64,000 nt of DNA from Gammaproteobacteria bacterium (lineage in GTDB: Bacteria; Pseudomonadota; Gammaproteobacteria; Eutrophobiales; Eutrophobiaceae), in assembly GCA_965222155.1 (NCBI GenBank), contig CBDCTH010000012.1, positions 1,216,001 through 1,280,000 on the forward strand. Reading direction: 5' to 3'. Made by a program: the position numbers and the translations under genes. A model generated the notes under the pieces. It did not search any database, had not been told where the DNA came from, and worked only from the letters and a program-made list of their open reading frames with translations. Of this stretch, positions 49,406-62,146 are shown piece by piece; position 1 is the first letter of the stretch, and every line of letters begins with the position of its first letter.

Positions 49406-51724
49406 GTGAAACAGGCATCGAAAAAAAGTAAAATCGACGCAGAGTCAGGAAGCCAATTCGTACGCTATATCAAGGAAATCAGCGTTATTGTCCTGGGAGC
49501 CATCGCGTTATTTATCGCACTGGCATTAATCACCTATCACCCATCGGACCCGGGCTGGTCCCAGGCAGTCAGCGATGCTGAAATCCACAACGGTGGAGGG
49601 ATTGTCGGTGCATATATTGCTAACTTACTGCTTTATATTTTCGGCTACCCGGGCTATTTATTCCCCCTTGTATTTGTCTTTGACGGCTGGCGCATTTTTA
49701 AATCACGCCGGGTTGAGGTATCGGTAACCCGTCTCATAAGAGCAATCAGGATGTTTGGGTTTGTCATGTTGGTTTCCGGTTGCTGCACGTTGGCATGGTT
49801 GCACCTGGAAGCAGGAGCGCACCTGCCCGAGCATTTACCTGATCAAACCAGCAGCGCAGGCGGGATTCTGGGGATTGCCTTTGGTTCAATTCTATTTGAT
49901 GTCTTCAGTTATTCGGGCAGTACCCTGCTTATGCTTACCATTTTGTTGGTAGGAATCACCTTGTACATAGATCTATCGTGGTTGTGGCTGATTGATAAAA
50001 TCGGATATATTACAATAAGAATATCCTCAAAATCATTCATTTATGCAAATAAGTTAAGGCAATATATACATTCTGTGGAAGTCAGGAAGGAAAGAGAAAA
50101 CCTGGTCCGGAAACAACAGAAAAAAATCAGGGACAGGGCGCCGCCGCGCATTGAACCGGTTATGGCTCAAGTGGAAATCAGTGGTCGCGCCGAGGCGGAA
50201 AAACAGGAACCTTTGTTTGAGATGCCGGCTGATTCGGCATTACCACCCCTGGGTTTGCTGGATCTGCCCAAGCCGTCCACGGGCAGGTATTCAGAGGCGA
50301 CCCTTGAGGCCATGTCGCGCCAGGTGGAACTGAAGCTGCTTGATTTCAACATTCAAGTGGACGTGGTAGCGGTTAATCCCGGGCCTGTAATCACCCGGTT
50401 TGAACTGCAGCCGGCGCCGGGAGTGAAAGGCAGCCAGATCAGCAACCTCTCTAAAGACCTGGCCCGTTCACTCTCAGTAGTCAGTGTTCGCGTCGTTGAC
50501 GTGATCCCGGGAAAATCCGTCATCGGATTGGAAATACCCAACGCTACTCGTGAACTGGTTACCCTGAGCGAGATATTGAGTTCCAAAGAATATGAAGAAC
50601 TCAATTCGACTACGGTACTGGGGCTGGGAAAAGATATCAGCGGCCATCCCATTGTCATGGACCTGAGCCGGATGCCGCACCTGCTGGTTGCCGGTACGAC
50701 CGGAGCGGGTAAATCCGTTGCCGTTAACGCGATGGTCCTGAGTCTGCTTTATAAGTCTCCTCCGCGTAAAATCCGCTTGATTATGATCGACCCGAAGATG
50801 CTCGAATTATCCGTATACGAGGGAATCCCCCATTTATTGACACCGGTAGTCACGGATATGAAAGAAGCGGCAAATGCATTGCGCTGGTGTGTGGCTGAAA
50901 TGGAACGCCGTTATCAATTGATGGCGGCTCTGGGCGTGAGAAATATCAATGGTTACAACAAGAAGGTCAATGAAGCCGCCAGCCGGCGCCAACCCCTGCA
51001 AGATCCTTTTCATACGCCCATCGATGACGAGGATGAAGTGCCGGTGTTGGAAGAGCTTCCGTATATCGTCATCCTCATTGATGAACTGGCGGACATGATG
51101 ATGACTGTGGGCAAAAAGGTGGAGGAATTGATTGCCAGGCTGGCGCAGAAGGCCCGGGCCTCCGGCATTCACTTGATCCTGGCCACGCAACGCCCGTCCG
51201 TAGACGTTATCACGGGACTGATCAAGGCCAATATTCCCTGCCGGATTGCATTCCAGGTCTCATCAAAGGTGGACTCCCGAACCATTCTGGACCAGATGGG
51301 AGCGGAAAATCTCCTCGGAAATGGAGATATGCTGTTCCTGCCGCCCGGCACAAGTCTGCCGATAAGGGTGCATGGCGCCTTTGTTGATGATCATGAAGTG
51401 CACAAGGTTGTTGAAAATATCAAGAGGCGCGGCGCTCCGAACTACCTGAATGACATTACCAGGGATCCGGGCGATGGCGGGACAGCGCCCATTCCGGGCC
51501 TGGAAACCGCCTCTGACGATATGGATCCGCTCTATGATGAGGCCGTGCGGATTGTCACGGAAACCCGCAAGACGTCTATTTCCTATATCCAGCGCCGGCT
51601 CAAGATAGGTTATAACCGCGCCGCCAGGATTATCGAAGAAATGGAAGCCAGCGGACTGATAGGCCCACTGCAAGCCAATGGCAACCGGGAGATACTTGCG
51701 GGGCCTCCACCGCCAATGGATTGA
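49406..51724 (+). CDS. ftsK: DNA translocase FtsK
   Basis: N-terminal TM region, [22 protein letters not shown], gamma domain [13 protein letters not shown]. Confidence 0.97.
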   Translation: MKQASKKSKIDAESGSQFVRYIKEISVIVLGAIALFIALALITYHPSDPGWSQAVSDAEIHNGGGIVGAYIANLLLYIFGYPGYLFPLVFVFDGWRIFKSRRVEVSVTRLIRAIRMFGFVMLVSGCCTLAWLHLEAGAHLPEHLPDQTSSAGGILGIAFGSILFDVFSYSGSTLLMLTILLVGITLYIDLSWLWLIDKIGYITIRISSKSFIYANKLRQYIHSVEVRKERENLVRKQQKKIRDRAPPRIEPVMAQVEISGRAEAEKQEPLFEMPADSALPPLGLLDLPKPSTGRYSEATLEAMSRQVELKLLDFNIQVDVVAVNPGPVITRFELQPAPGVKGSQISNLSKDLARSLSVVSVRVVDVIPGKSVIGLEIPNATRELVTLSEILSSKEYEELNSTTVLGLGKDISGHPIVMDLSRMPHLLVAGTTGAGKSVAVNAMVLSLLYKSPPRKIRLIMIDPKMLELSVYEGIPHLLTPVVTDMKEAANALRWCVAEMERRYQLMAALGVRNINGYNKKVNEAASRRQPLQDPFHTPIDDEDEVPVLEELPYIVILIDELADMMMTVGKKVEELIARLAQKARASGIHLILATQRPSVDVITGLIKANIPCRIAFQVSSKVDSRTILDQMGAENLLGNGDMLFLPPGTSLPIRVHGAFVDDHEVHKVVENIKRRGAPNYLNDITRDPGDGGTAPIPGLETASDDMDPLYDEAVRIVTETRKTSISYIQRRLKIGYNRAARIIEEMEASGLIGPLQANGNREILAGPPPPMD

Positions 51725-51761
51725 CAATACGAAAATACAGAGAAGATGAGAAAACTGATTT

Positions 51762-52002
51762 TATCCGCAGATTACGCAGATGAAAGGCATAATATTACTT
51801 CAAGGTTTTGTAAAACCTTGTAGCGAACAAGGAATGCCCGCTAGCCAGTCACAGAGCTTGTCCCGGTATGTCGTAAGCCGAGGGATATAAACATGACTGA
51901 TTACCTCTCGTTTAAATGATTTTTTGTTATTCCTGTTCTTCTCTGTGATACCTATAGCTTTTCGATCATTTTATCTGCGTGTATCTGCGTGTATCTGCGG
52001 AT
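51762..52002. repeat. GCAGAT-repeat inverted element with nested hairpins; right arm overlaps the lolA 5' end
   Basis: TATCCGCAGATTACGCAGAT ... ATCTGCGTGTATCTGCGTGTATCTGCGGAT. Confidence 0.8.
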
Positions 52003-52592
52003 TATTTCTTTGTCTGTCGGTGAACGCAGGCAACAACCCGTTGGATGTCTTTCTCGACGGTCTGGAAACGTTCTCGGCCGATTTTGAGCAAACATTGCTC
52101 GATTCATCGGGTGAAGTGCTGGAAACCACCAAAGGCACTGTGCTACTACACCGTCCCGGCATGTTCTCTTGGTTATACAGCGAACCATACATACAGAAAA
52201 TCATAAGCGACGGCAAGACCTTATGGGTTTATGAGGAAGACCTGGAACAGGTTACAATCAGCGACATGACTGATGCCATTGAAGACACGCCTGCGCTGAT
52301 ATTCAGTGGAAACTACCGCCTGACTGAACATTACGTGATTAATGAACTTGAAAATGGCGATGAACACGCCTGGCTGGAGCTGACACCCAGGGATATTGAA
52401 TCACACTATCGATCGCTGCGCCTGGCATTCTCCGACAATGAACTGACAGCCATGATACTGTTTGACAGCCTGGGGCAGACGCTGTTGATCACATTCATGA
52501 ATGGCAGCAGGAATCCGGACCTGAACAGGGAGCTTTTCCGGTTTGCTCCTGCAGACGATATTGACGTCATAGATGCCAGACAGGCTGATTAA
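51924..52592 (+). CDS. lolA: Outer-membrane lipoprotein chaperone LolA (start TTG 51924 or GTG 51945)
   Basis: ADFEQ, RPGMFSW, ISDGKTLWVYEEDLEQVT, DSLGQ; ftsK-lolA-rarA-serS synteny. Confidence 0.92.
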   Translation: MLFLFFSVIPIAFRSFYLRVSACICGLFLCLSVNAGNNPLDVFLDGLETFSADFEQTLLDSSGEVLETTKGTVLLHRPGMFSWLYSEPYIQKIISDGKTLWVYEEDLEQVTISDMTDAIEDTPALIFSGNYRLTEHYVINELENGDEHAWLELTPRDIESHYRSLRLAFSDNELTAMILFDSLGQTLLITFMNGSRNPDLNRELFRFAPADDIDVIDARQAD

Positions 52593-52603
52593 CGAGCTTT
52601 CCA

Positions 52604-55194
<2,591 letters not shown>

Positions 55195-55285
55195 CCACAG
55201 GGGACACAGATTGGGCTGAGTAACTTTTTGCGCATGGGTAAACCTGTATGTTTATCGTCATCTTACCCGCTATACAAAAGCAGCC

Positions 55286-55309
55286 GGGGACAGGTTTAAA
55301 CCTGTCCCC
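55286..55309. repeat. Solo GGGGACAG-TTTAAA-CTGTCCCC palindrome
   Basis: GGGGACAGGTTTAAACCTGTCCCC, a compensated variant of the MITE core hairpin. Confidence 0.8.
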
Positions 55310-55343
55310 AGTCAATTAAAACGACAGGACTGAGTTGAGATGA

Positions 55344-56292
55344 TCAGGGTAGAGCGTAAGGCCCAAGGAACCGCGGGCCATTAAAGTGGATCAGGTGCGA
55401 TGGGGCATCGGCTACCCAGACCTCTGTTTCCCAGGCAATCTCGGCTAGATACTGCCCCATGAGAATACGGTTTGGGAAAGCGGTCACATATACTAAGCCG
55501 GCCGTTGAACCCACGAACAGCTTGCCAAGTTCGTTGTGTCGTTTGCTATCGACAGGACCATGACTGGTAACGGACTCAACTAAAAGTAACCAGTTTTTCC
55601 TGGTGTAATACAGCACCACATCGGGCATTTTGCCATGTGTATCAACATTGACACCGAGCCCGGATAGGAGGGTTTCATCAAAGTAGCCCCACTTGTCACC
55701 TGCATCACCTGCATAGACCAATAAACTACCCGGTGTAAAACGCGGTGCAAATTCCTCTATGACTGATCAGTTCACTATGGGCGCCGGGACTGAGAGTAAT
55801 CTGCTTACCCGAAGCTACTACAACAGGTATGCGCTCCAGTTCACGTTCTTTGGCATAACGGGATATTAAAGTTTCGCGCACAGCCAGATAGTCTGTCAGC
55901 GCTTCAGACCATTCAGGGGTGTTGAAGATGCGCAGCAAAGCCAATGTAGCAGGTTTAATCTGATAGACAGCTTTTGGGCTGTTTACCGGACGGTCAGGCC
56001 TATCAGGGTTATATAGCGCGATACCCGCATCACAGAACTGGTGTATTGTTTGGCGGCGTATAGTTTCGCGAGTATTCGGAGCGTACTCCTTATCATAGTG
56101 ATCCCTTATCCATTCCATAATGGGTGTAATACCCATGAGCGGGTTTTCTGCTTCAGACCATGCTTTGTCGGGCGTCAGGTTCAGTAATGCCAATAAGCTG
56201 AGTGCAGAACGTTCATTCTGCTGTGCTCTCGGTAGGCCCAAAGCGGTGATGATCTCTGACGCGGTCTCGATATAATCCTGTTTATCTTTCAT
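55344..56292 (-). pseudogene. BsuBI/PstI-family type II restriction endonuclease, frameshift near 55760
   Basis: YAPNTRETIRRQT, RPVNSPK, then in a shifted frame IEEFAPRFTPG...HGKMPDVV...ESVTSHGP...IAWETEVW. Confidence 0.9.
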
Positions 56293-57755
56293 GCGTTGAG
56301 CGTATCAATCTTGTCGCTAATCATGGTCTGAGAGATTTCTCCACACTGTAAAGCCCAATTACCAAGCTCAACCAGAGCGGCGCGACTTGGGTATTTCATT
56401 AGTCTGAGGTCGGTTGCATTGACTTGGGTATGACCACTGAAACGTCGGAAATGATTATCAATGACGCTGGAATTAAGATACACAGCCAGCCCATACGCTA
56501 AGGCCTGCGGTAAACCATGCTTGTTTTCATGGAACAGGTTTAAGTGGTTTTCGAAACCCAGCAAAGGGGCGTTATCGAATATGGCGGGTTCTACTACACT
56601 TGCAATGATTCGACGTTTTTCCTCTTTGGAGGAAAAACGTCTTACCACGCAATAAAAACCGGACGGATACAACCATTTTTCGGTATCTCTGGTATGCCGG
56701 ATCGCATTCGGTTTTTTCATCCCATAAACAGGCCAGCTGGCGCCATTGCTGTCGAAATGACCGGGATAGAGCAACGGAACGCAACCTGGCTCAGGTACAT
56801 CAAGCAAATGCTCCTTCAAGCGGAAGTCAACGACAGGGCCGGTAGAAACTGTGATGCCGAGTTCACTAAGCGAGTAACGAATAGCTGGGTTTAAATTGAG
56901 ACAGTCCACAGGAGACGCAGGGATGTGAATAAATCGTTCTGCATCATCCGGGAATACGACTTGATTAAACGGATAATTATGGATAGTCAGGTCAGAGAAA
57001 CTGTCATCGGTCGAAGTGGAAACAGTTACCTGTCCTTGTCTTCCACCACGCTCAAGTCGGATAATGATGTTTTCTTGGAGTACGTCATCGTCCTTAAATG
57101 CCTTTTTGCGAGATTCGAATAAATGCAGGCGCCGAATAGCTGTATGAGTCAGGATAAAGTCACGGAAGGGACGATAATACGGGCCATTGCAAAAGCTGCG
57201 GGGAATGATCGCAACAATCTGTCCACCAGGCACGGACAGCGCAACAGCCAACGCCACAAATGCTGAATAGAGGTTGACTGTTTCAATTCCAACCTGACGT
57301 AAGAGCAAGCGGTATTTGGAGTTGCTTCTGATTTTCTTATAAGGTGGGTTTAGAATAGCGTGTGTGAAATCGTATTTTTGAAACTGAAGCGCATTTACTG
57401 CTTCTTCTATGAAATCGTCTCCAATGGCTTCAAATGAAAAGTTACATTGTTGAATATAATGCAAAAGGGACTGTTCAAGTTCTCCATGGATACTACGGTC
57501 AATTTCAAAAGCCTTTAGTTGAATCTCCTCGAAATTGAGGTTGCCGTTTACGCAGCGCTCAAGAAATGCGCATGAAAGAGAGCCTATACCCGCTCCTGCA
57601 TCAAGCAGACGACAAACACCACCGGATGCCGGGAAAAGTCCCGCCATGAATGATGCGATATTTGCAGGAGTGAGGAATTGACCCAGTTCCGATTTCTTTT
57701 TCGCGGTGGTGCGTCTCGAAACTTTCAAACGTGTCTGGTCGACGAGTGATAACAA
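56289..57755 (-). CDS. N6-adenine DNA methyltransferase (BsuBI/PstI, Eco57I-like)
   Basis: LGQFLTP, LLDAGAGIG, ILNPPY, TGPVVDFR, FSGHTQVNATDL. Confidence 0.92.
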   Translation of the reverse strand: MLSLVDQTRLKVSRRTTAKKKSELGQFLTPANIASFMAGLFPASGGVCRLLDAGAGIGSLSCAFLERCVNGNLNFEEIQLKAFEIDRSIHGELEQSLLHYIQQCNFSFEAIGDDFIEEAVNALQFQKYDFTHAILNPPYKKIRSNSKYRLLLRQVGIETVNLYSAFVALAVALSVPGGQIVAIIPRSFCNGPYYRPFRDFILTHTAIRRLHLFESRKKAFKDDDVLQENIIIRLERGGRQGQVTVSTSTDDSFSDLTIHNYPFNQVVFPDDAERFIHIPASPVDCLNLNPAIRYSLSELGITVSTGPVVDFRLKEHLLDVPEPGCVPLLYPGHFDSNGASWPVYGMKKPNAIRHTRDTEKWLYPSGFYCVVRRFSSKEEKRRIIASVVEPAIFDNAPLLGFENHLNLFHENKHGLPQALAYGLAVYLNSSVIDNHFRRFSGHTQVNATDLRLMKYPSRAALVELGNWALQCGEISQTMISDKIDTLNA

Positions 57756-57862
57756 AATCTTACCTCCTGTACCCGCTTGAGTGCATAACAGGGTTACGGC
57801 CTATTACCTGACACTAATATATCACATGCTAATGCACTTTGTTGACTGCGCTCAGCAGGTTT

Positions 57863-58030
57863 CAGCAGTTCCCGCTAACTTCCGGGACCGATGGCATCCT
57901 GCCCTCGTGGAGGGCGAGACGCCCTCCCTCCCAGGGAAACATGTCCCCTTGGGGACAGATTTAAATCTGTCCCCCTTGCCCGAATCCGGCAAGAATCACT
58001 GTATTGACCTCGATTTAGCGGGAACGGCTG
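57863..58030. mobile_element. MITE (copy 4) with 9-bp TSD AGCAGGTTT
   Basis: CAGCAGTTCCCGCTAA...TTAGCGGGAACGGCTG; AGCAGGTTT at 57854-57862 and 58031-58039. Confidence 0.88.
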
Positions 58031-58234
58031 AGCAGGTTTTGTGATATCGACAGCCATTTCGGAAGTCTATGTGGAGGCAACCAACTAAGAACTTTGGAAC
58101 TATCTGACCTCACGGCAACAAGCGACCTGGGAGAAATCCGGGCTAAACATAGATAGCTTCTTTCCAGAAATGCTGTCTAATACTTATTTAAAATCTCTGT
58201 GCCTTCTGTGGCGCAACATTTACTGCAGACAGGT

Positions 58235-59599
58235 TTATGAACTGAACTCCCGCACCAACGCACCGATGGATTCCTTGGCGTCCCCGAACAGCATACGGGT
58301 GTTTTCACCGAAGAACAGCGGGTTGTCGACACCGGCAAAGCCGGCCGCCATGGAGCGTTTCAGTACGAATACCGTCTTCGCGTAATCCACGTTGATGATC
58401 GGCATGCCGTAAATGGGGCTGTCCTCCATCTCTCTGGCTGCCGGGTTGACCACGTCGTTGGCGCCGATGACGATGGCTACGTCCATCATCTCCATGCGCG
58501 GGTTGATATCCTCCATTTCGATGAGCAGGTCATAAGGCACGTCCGCTTCTGCCAGCAGGACATTCATGTGTCCGGGCATACGGCCGGCCACCGGGTGGAT
58601 GGCGTAGCTTACTTCAGCGCCATTTTTTTCCAGCAGTTCTTGCAGCTCCTTGACCACATGCTGGGCCTGGGCCACGGCCATGCCGTAACCGGGTACGACG
58701 ACGACACTGCTGGCCGCCTCGAGGATGTAATAAGCGTCATCCGGGGTAATGGGCTTCACTTCGCCCTCCACCTTGGCCAGGGCCGTCTTGACGGCGCCGA
58801 AACCGCTGAACAGCACGTTGGCCAGGGAGCGGTTCATGGCCTTGCACATGATGTTGGTGAGAATGATGCCGGTGGCGCCCACCAGGGAACCGGCGACGAT
58901 CAGGATGTTGTTGTTGATGGCAAAACCGGCGGCACAGGCGGCAAGGCCGGAATAGCTGTTGAGCAATGAAATTACTACGGGCATGTCGGCGCCGCCGATG
59001 GGGATGACCGCCATGACGCCGAACAGGAACGACAAGCCAATCAGGATATACAGGTAGTTGGTGTTCGCCGGTTCCTGGCAGAACATCACACCGACTATAA
59101 TGATGGCAAGCAGCAACAGGCTGTTGAAAATACGCTGTCCGGTGAAGATATAGGGACGTCCTGAGATGACCTCACTTAATTTTCCATAGGCGATCAGGCT
59201 GCCGGTAAACGTCAAACCGCCGATGAGGATCGACAGGAAGATGGTTACGATGGTAAAGGTGGAGTCGGCGCCGGAATGCAGTGCGGCCCAGCCCACGAAC
59301 AGGCTGGCGATACCGCCGAAACCGTTGAGCAGCGCCACCATTTCCGGCATGGCAGTCATGGCAATCAGGCGGGCGGCCAGTGCGCCAATCATGCCGCCGA
59401 CCACCAGGCCGACGATAATCCAGCGGAAATCGACGATGGAATGATCCAGCAGGGTGACGACGATGGCGAGTAACATACCCAGCGCCGACACCAGGTTGCC
59501 GTTACGCGCGGTTGCTGGCGAACTCAGCATTTTCAGGCCGAATATGAATAATACGGCCGCAGCCACGTAAGTCAGGTTGATCAGTAATTCATTACTCAT
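58235..59599 (-). CDS. pntB: NAD(P) transhydrogenase beta subunit
   Basis: GGADMPVVISLLNSYSG, PGYGMAVAQAQ, HPVAGRMPGH, GANDVVNP. Confidence 0.97.
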   Translation of the reverse strand: MSNELLINLTYVAAAVLFIFGLKMLSSPATARNGNLVSALGMLLAIVVTLLDHSIVDFRWIIVGLVVGGMIGALAARLIAMTAMPEMVALLNGFGGIASLFVGWAALHSGADSTFTIVTIFLSILIGGLTFTGSLIAYGKLSEVISGRPYIFTGQRIFNSLLLLAIIIVGVMFCQEPANTNYLYILIGLSFLFGVMAVIPIGGADMPVVISLLNSYSGLAACAAGFAINNNILIVAGSLVGATGIILTNIMCKAMNRSLANVLFSGFGAVKTALAKVEGEVKPITPDDAYYILEAASSVVVVPGYGMAVAQAQHVVKELQELLEKNGAEVSYAIHPVAGRMPGHMNVLLAEADVPYDLLIEMEDINPRMEMMDVAIVIGANDVVNPAAREMEDSPIYGMPIINVDYAKTVFVLKRSMAAGFAGVDNPLFFGENTRMLFGDAKESIGALVREFSS

Positions 59600-59886
59600 T
59601 TTTCAGCACCTTCCCTTTTCTTGAACATGGACAGCATGCGGTTGGTCACCATGTAACCGCCGACCACGTTGATCGAGGCGAACGTGACTCCCAGGGTGCC
59701 GAGCAACGTCGCCATTTCAGCGCTGCCTGCGCCGGCAGAGGTCAGGGCGCCGACCAGGGTGATGCCGGAAATGGCGTTGGCCCCGGACATAAGCGGGGTA
59801 TGCAGGGTGGCTGGTACTTTACTGATCAACTCAAAGCCCAGGAATATGGACAGGACCAGGATGAATGTCAGGTATACGGCTTCCAT
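59596..59886 (-). CDS. pntAB: NAD(P) transhydrogenase alpha subunit, membrane part (alpha2)
   Basis: VPATLHTPLMSGANAISG, INVVGGYMVTNRMLSMF. Confidence 0.93.
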   Translation of the reverse strand: MEAVYLTFILVLSIFLGFELISKVPATLHTPLMSGANAISGITLVGALTSAGAGSAEMATLLGTLGVTFASINVVGGYMVTNRMLSMFKKREGAEK

Positions 59887-59896
59887 TGATAGCTCC

Positions 59897-61030
59897 TTAG
59901 CGTTGCAGGTTCTTGATGGTTTCGTTGACGATGGCGCCGCCGTGGGTTATCAGGCAGCCCTGGATGATGTCGTTCTCGGCGTTGAGTACAAAGGACTTGT
60001 TTTCTTCGTCCCAGTATTCGTTCAACATGTTATACAGGTTGGACGAATACATCTGGCTGGCGTCACGGCATACGTAATTGGGCCAGTTGCCCTGGCCGAT
60101 GATGGCGACGCCGTTGACAAGGACTTCCTGTCCGGCCTCCGAGCCTTCCACGTTGCCGCCGGTTTCCGCAGCCATGTCGACGATCACGCTACCGGGTTGC
60201 ATGGCTTCCACCATGTCACGGGTCACCAGCACAGGCGCCTTGCGCCCGAATACCTGGGCAGTGGTGATGACGATATCGGATTCGGCAATGGCCGCCTTCT
60301 GGCCCTGGCGTTGTATTTCAATCTGTTCCGGGGTCAGTTCCCGGGCATAGCCGTCCTTGGTCTCGCCCGTTTCACCCAGGTCAATCTCAAGGAATTTTGC
60401 GCCGACGGAACGCACCTGCTCGGCCACGACGGGGCGGGTATCGAAGGCCGTCACCTTGGCGCCCAGCCGTTTGGCCGTGGCGATGGCCTGCAATCCGGCG
60501 ACACCGGCGCCGATGACGAATACCCGGGCCGGTTTTATGGTGCCGGCGGGCGTCATCATCATGGGCAGGAGACGGTCTAACCTGTTGGCGGCCATCATCA
60601 CGGCGACATAGCCGGCCAGGTTGGCCTGGGAGCTGAGCGCGTCCATCTTTTGCGACAAGGTGGTGCGGGGGATCATCTCCATGCTGATAGCGCTGACACC
60701 CTGTTTTGCCAGGGCATCCACCAACTCGCCTTCATTAAAAGGGTCCAGGTAGCTGATATGAATACAGCCCTGTTTTATCTGTCCGACTTCCCCTGACTCC
60801 GGCTTGCGGATGCGCAGTATGATATCGGATTTCGTAAGTATATCGTTCCGGTTGGAAGCAATCGTGGCGCCGGCCTCGGTATAGGCCTCATCGGCAAAGC
60901 CGGCACCTTGCCCCAGCGCGGCCTCCACCGTTAATTCCGCACCGAGTTTGACCAGTTTTTTTACCGTATCAGGGATAACGGCGACCCGGTTCTCACCCGG
61001 ATGAGTCTCCTTAAGAACACCAATTTGCAT
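59897..61030 (-). CDS. pntAA: NAD(P) transhydrogenase alpha subunit, soluble domain I (alpha1)
   Basis: GENRVA, MDALSSQANLAGY, GAGVAGLQAI, DMAAETGGN. Confidence 0.95.
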   Translation of the reverse strand: MQIGVLKETHPGENRVAVIPDTVKKLVKLGAELTVEAALGQGAGFADEAYTEAGATIASNRNDILTKSDIILRIRKPESGEVGQIKQGCIHISYLDPFNEGELVDALAKQGVSAISMEMIPRTTLSQKMDALSSQANLAGYVAVMMAANRLDRLLPMMMTPAGTIKPARVFVIGAGVAGLQAIATAKRLGAKVTAFDTRPVVAEQVRSVGAKFLEIDLGETGETKDGYARELTPEQIEIQRQGQKAAIAESDIVITTAQVFGRKAPVLVTRDMVEAMQPGSVIVDMAAETGGNVEGSEAGQEVLVNGVAIIGQGNWPNYVCRDASQMYSSNLYNMLNEYWDEENKSFVLNAENDIIQGCLITHGGAIVNETIKNLQR

Positions 61031-61390
61031 AAAAAAGCCCCTCTGGCAGGTTTGTAAGTGTCAGGTATCAGTGCACCGGGCCTCGCCCCCTCGGCATCCA
61101 GTATCCGGCGCATATATGGTGTGTGGCGGCCGATTGCAGCCGCCATTGCTAAAGCGGCACAAATACTAACACAAAGAAAAATGCAAAACTACCAGTAGTT
61201 GTGAACCAGTAGTTGTGAAGTTCGCCAACCGTCTTTCAATGTTCCGGCAGGACTGCGTGGAGAATATCTGCGCATACGTTATGGTATTGAGCTGGAAGAG
61301 CGGCTATAGTGATGCCGACCAAATCATTTATCCGAAGTAGAAGTAGATTATACACCCCCAACTACATAACAGAAAAAGAGAGACCATAAG

Positions 61391-61621
61391 ATGAAAGAAG
61401 TTTTAACGGCAGTATTTGAAAAGTCATCGTATGGATACATCGGGTATGTTGAAGAATTGCCCGGCGCCAACACGCAAGGTAAAACTCTGGAAGAGACCAA
61501 AAAAAACGTGATTGAAGCCATCCAACTTGTATTACAGGCAAATCGGCAATTGGCGGAAGAACAAATAACCGCTACCAAGTCAGATGTTGTGAAAGAGGCT
61601 CTTGGCAGCATATCTATATAA
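61391..61621 (+). CDS. hicB: HicB-family antitoxin (short)
   Basis: YIGYVEELPGANTQGKTLEETKKNVIEAIQLVL. Confidence 0.88.
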   Translation: MKEVLTAVFEKSSYGYIGYVEELPGANTQGKTLEETKKNVIEAIQLVLQANRQLAEEQITATKSDVVKEALGSISI

Positions 61622-61794
61622 AACGGCGGGTATTAATACGCCGTATTGAAAAAATGGGCTGTGAATTGTTGCGAGAAGGTGGTAACCATAGCGTCTACGT
61701 CAACCGTCTAAAAAAGAAGGTCACTACTGTTCCGAGGCACAGGGAAATTGATGAAAATCTTGCCAAGCGGATATTCAAGGATTTAGAAATATAA
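61618..61794 (+). pseudogene. hicA: HicA toxin with ATA in place of the start codon
   Basis: Manual translation (I)KRRVLIRRIEKMGCELLREGGNHSVYVN...TTVPRHREIDENLAKRIFKDLEI*. Confidence 0.82.
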
Positions 61795-62042
61795 ATTTTA
61801 AAGATGAGTCTCCTTAAGAACACCAATTTGCATAAAAAAGCCCCTCTGGCAGATTTGTAAATGTCAGGTATCAAAGCGCCGGGGATCATCCCCTCAGCAT
61901 TCGGTATCCGGCGCAGATATGGTGTGTGGCGGCCGATTACAGCCGCCATTGCTAAAACGGCGCAGATGCTAACATAAACATAAATTCAAAACTACCAGAA
62001 GTTGTAAACCAGAAGTTGTAAAGCCTGCAGGACAAGTACTCT

Positions 62043-62121
62043 CGTCATTCCGGCGAATGCCGGAATCCAGTAAACAAGGAATACTTTATTTGACTGGATT
62101 CCGGCATTCGCCGGAATGACG
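62043..62121. repeat. Perfect inverted pair of CGTC REPs (REPIN-like)
   Basis: CGTCATTCCGGCGAATGCCGGAATCCAGT-21nt-ACTGGATTCCGGCATTCGCCGGAATGACG. Confidence 0.92.
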
Positions 62122-62146
62122 GGTTGCTATTTGATAGAATACGCTG

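Larger units (their letters stand above)
61000..62022. repeat. Diverged ~220-bp direct repeat (61000-61220 and 61803-62022) of the pntA start and leader
   Basis: Both begin GATGAGTCTCCTTAAGAACACCAATTTGCATAAAAAAGCCCCTCTGGCAG and end ACCAG(T/A)AGTTGT x2. Confidence 0.92.

Noticed and set aside
55195-55343. tRNA or att site after serS for the R-M island
   Set aside because: No cloverleaf or T-loop motif, no integrase and no direct repeat at the far side.
59669-60580. 303-aa plus-strand ORF
   Set aside because: Antisense shadow of pntA.
60961-61949. Paralogous small ORFs MAA(A/V)IGRHTPY (60961-61146, 61695-61949)
   Set aside because: They are by-products of the duplicated pntA leader, and one overlaps pntA out of frame. 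A leader peptide cannot be excluded but is unsupported.
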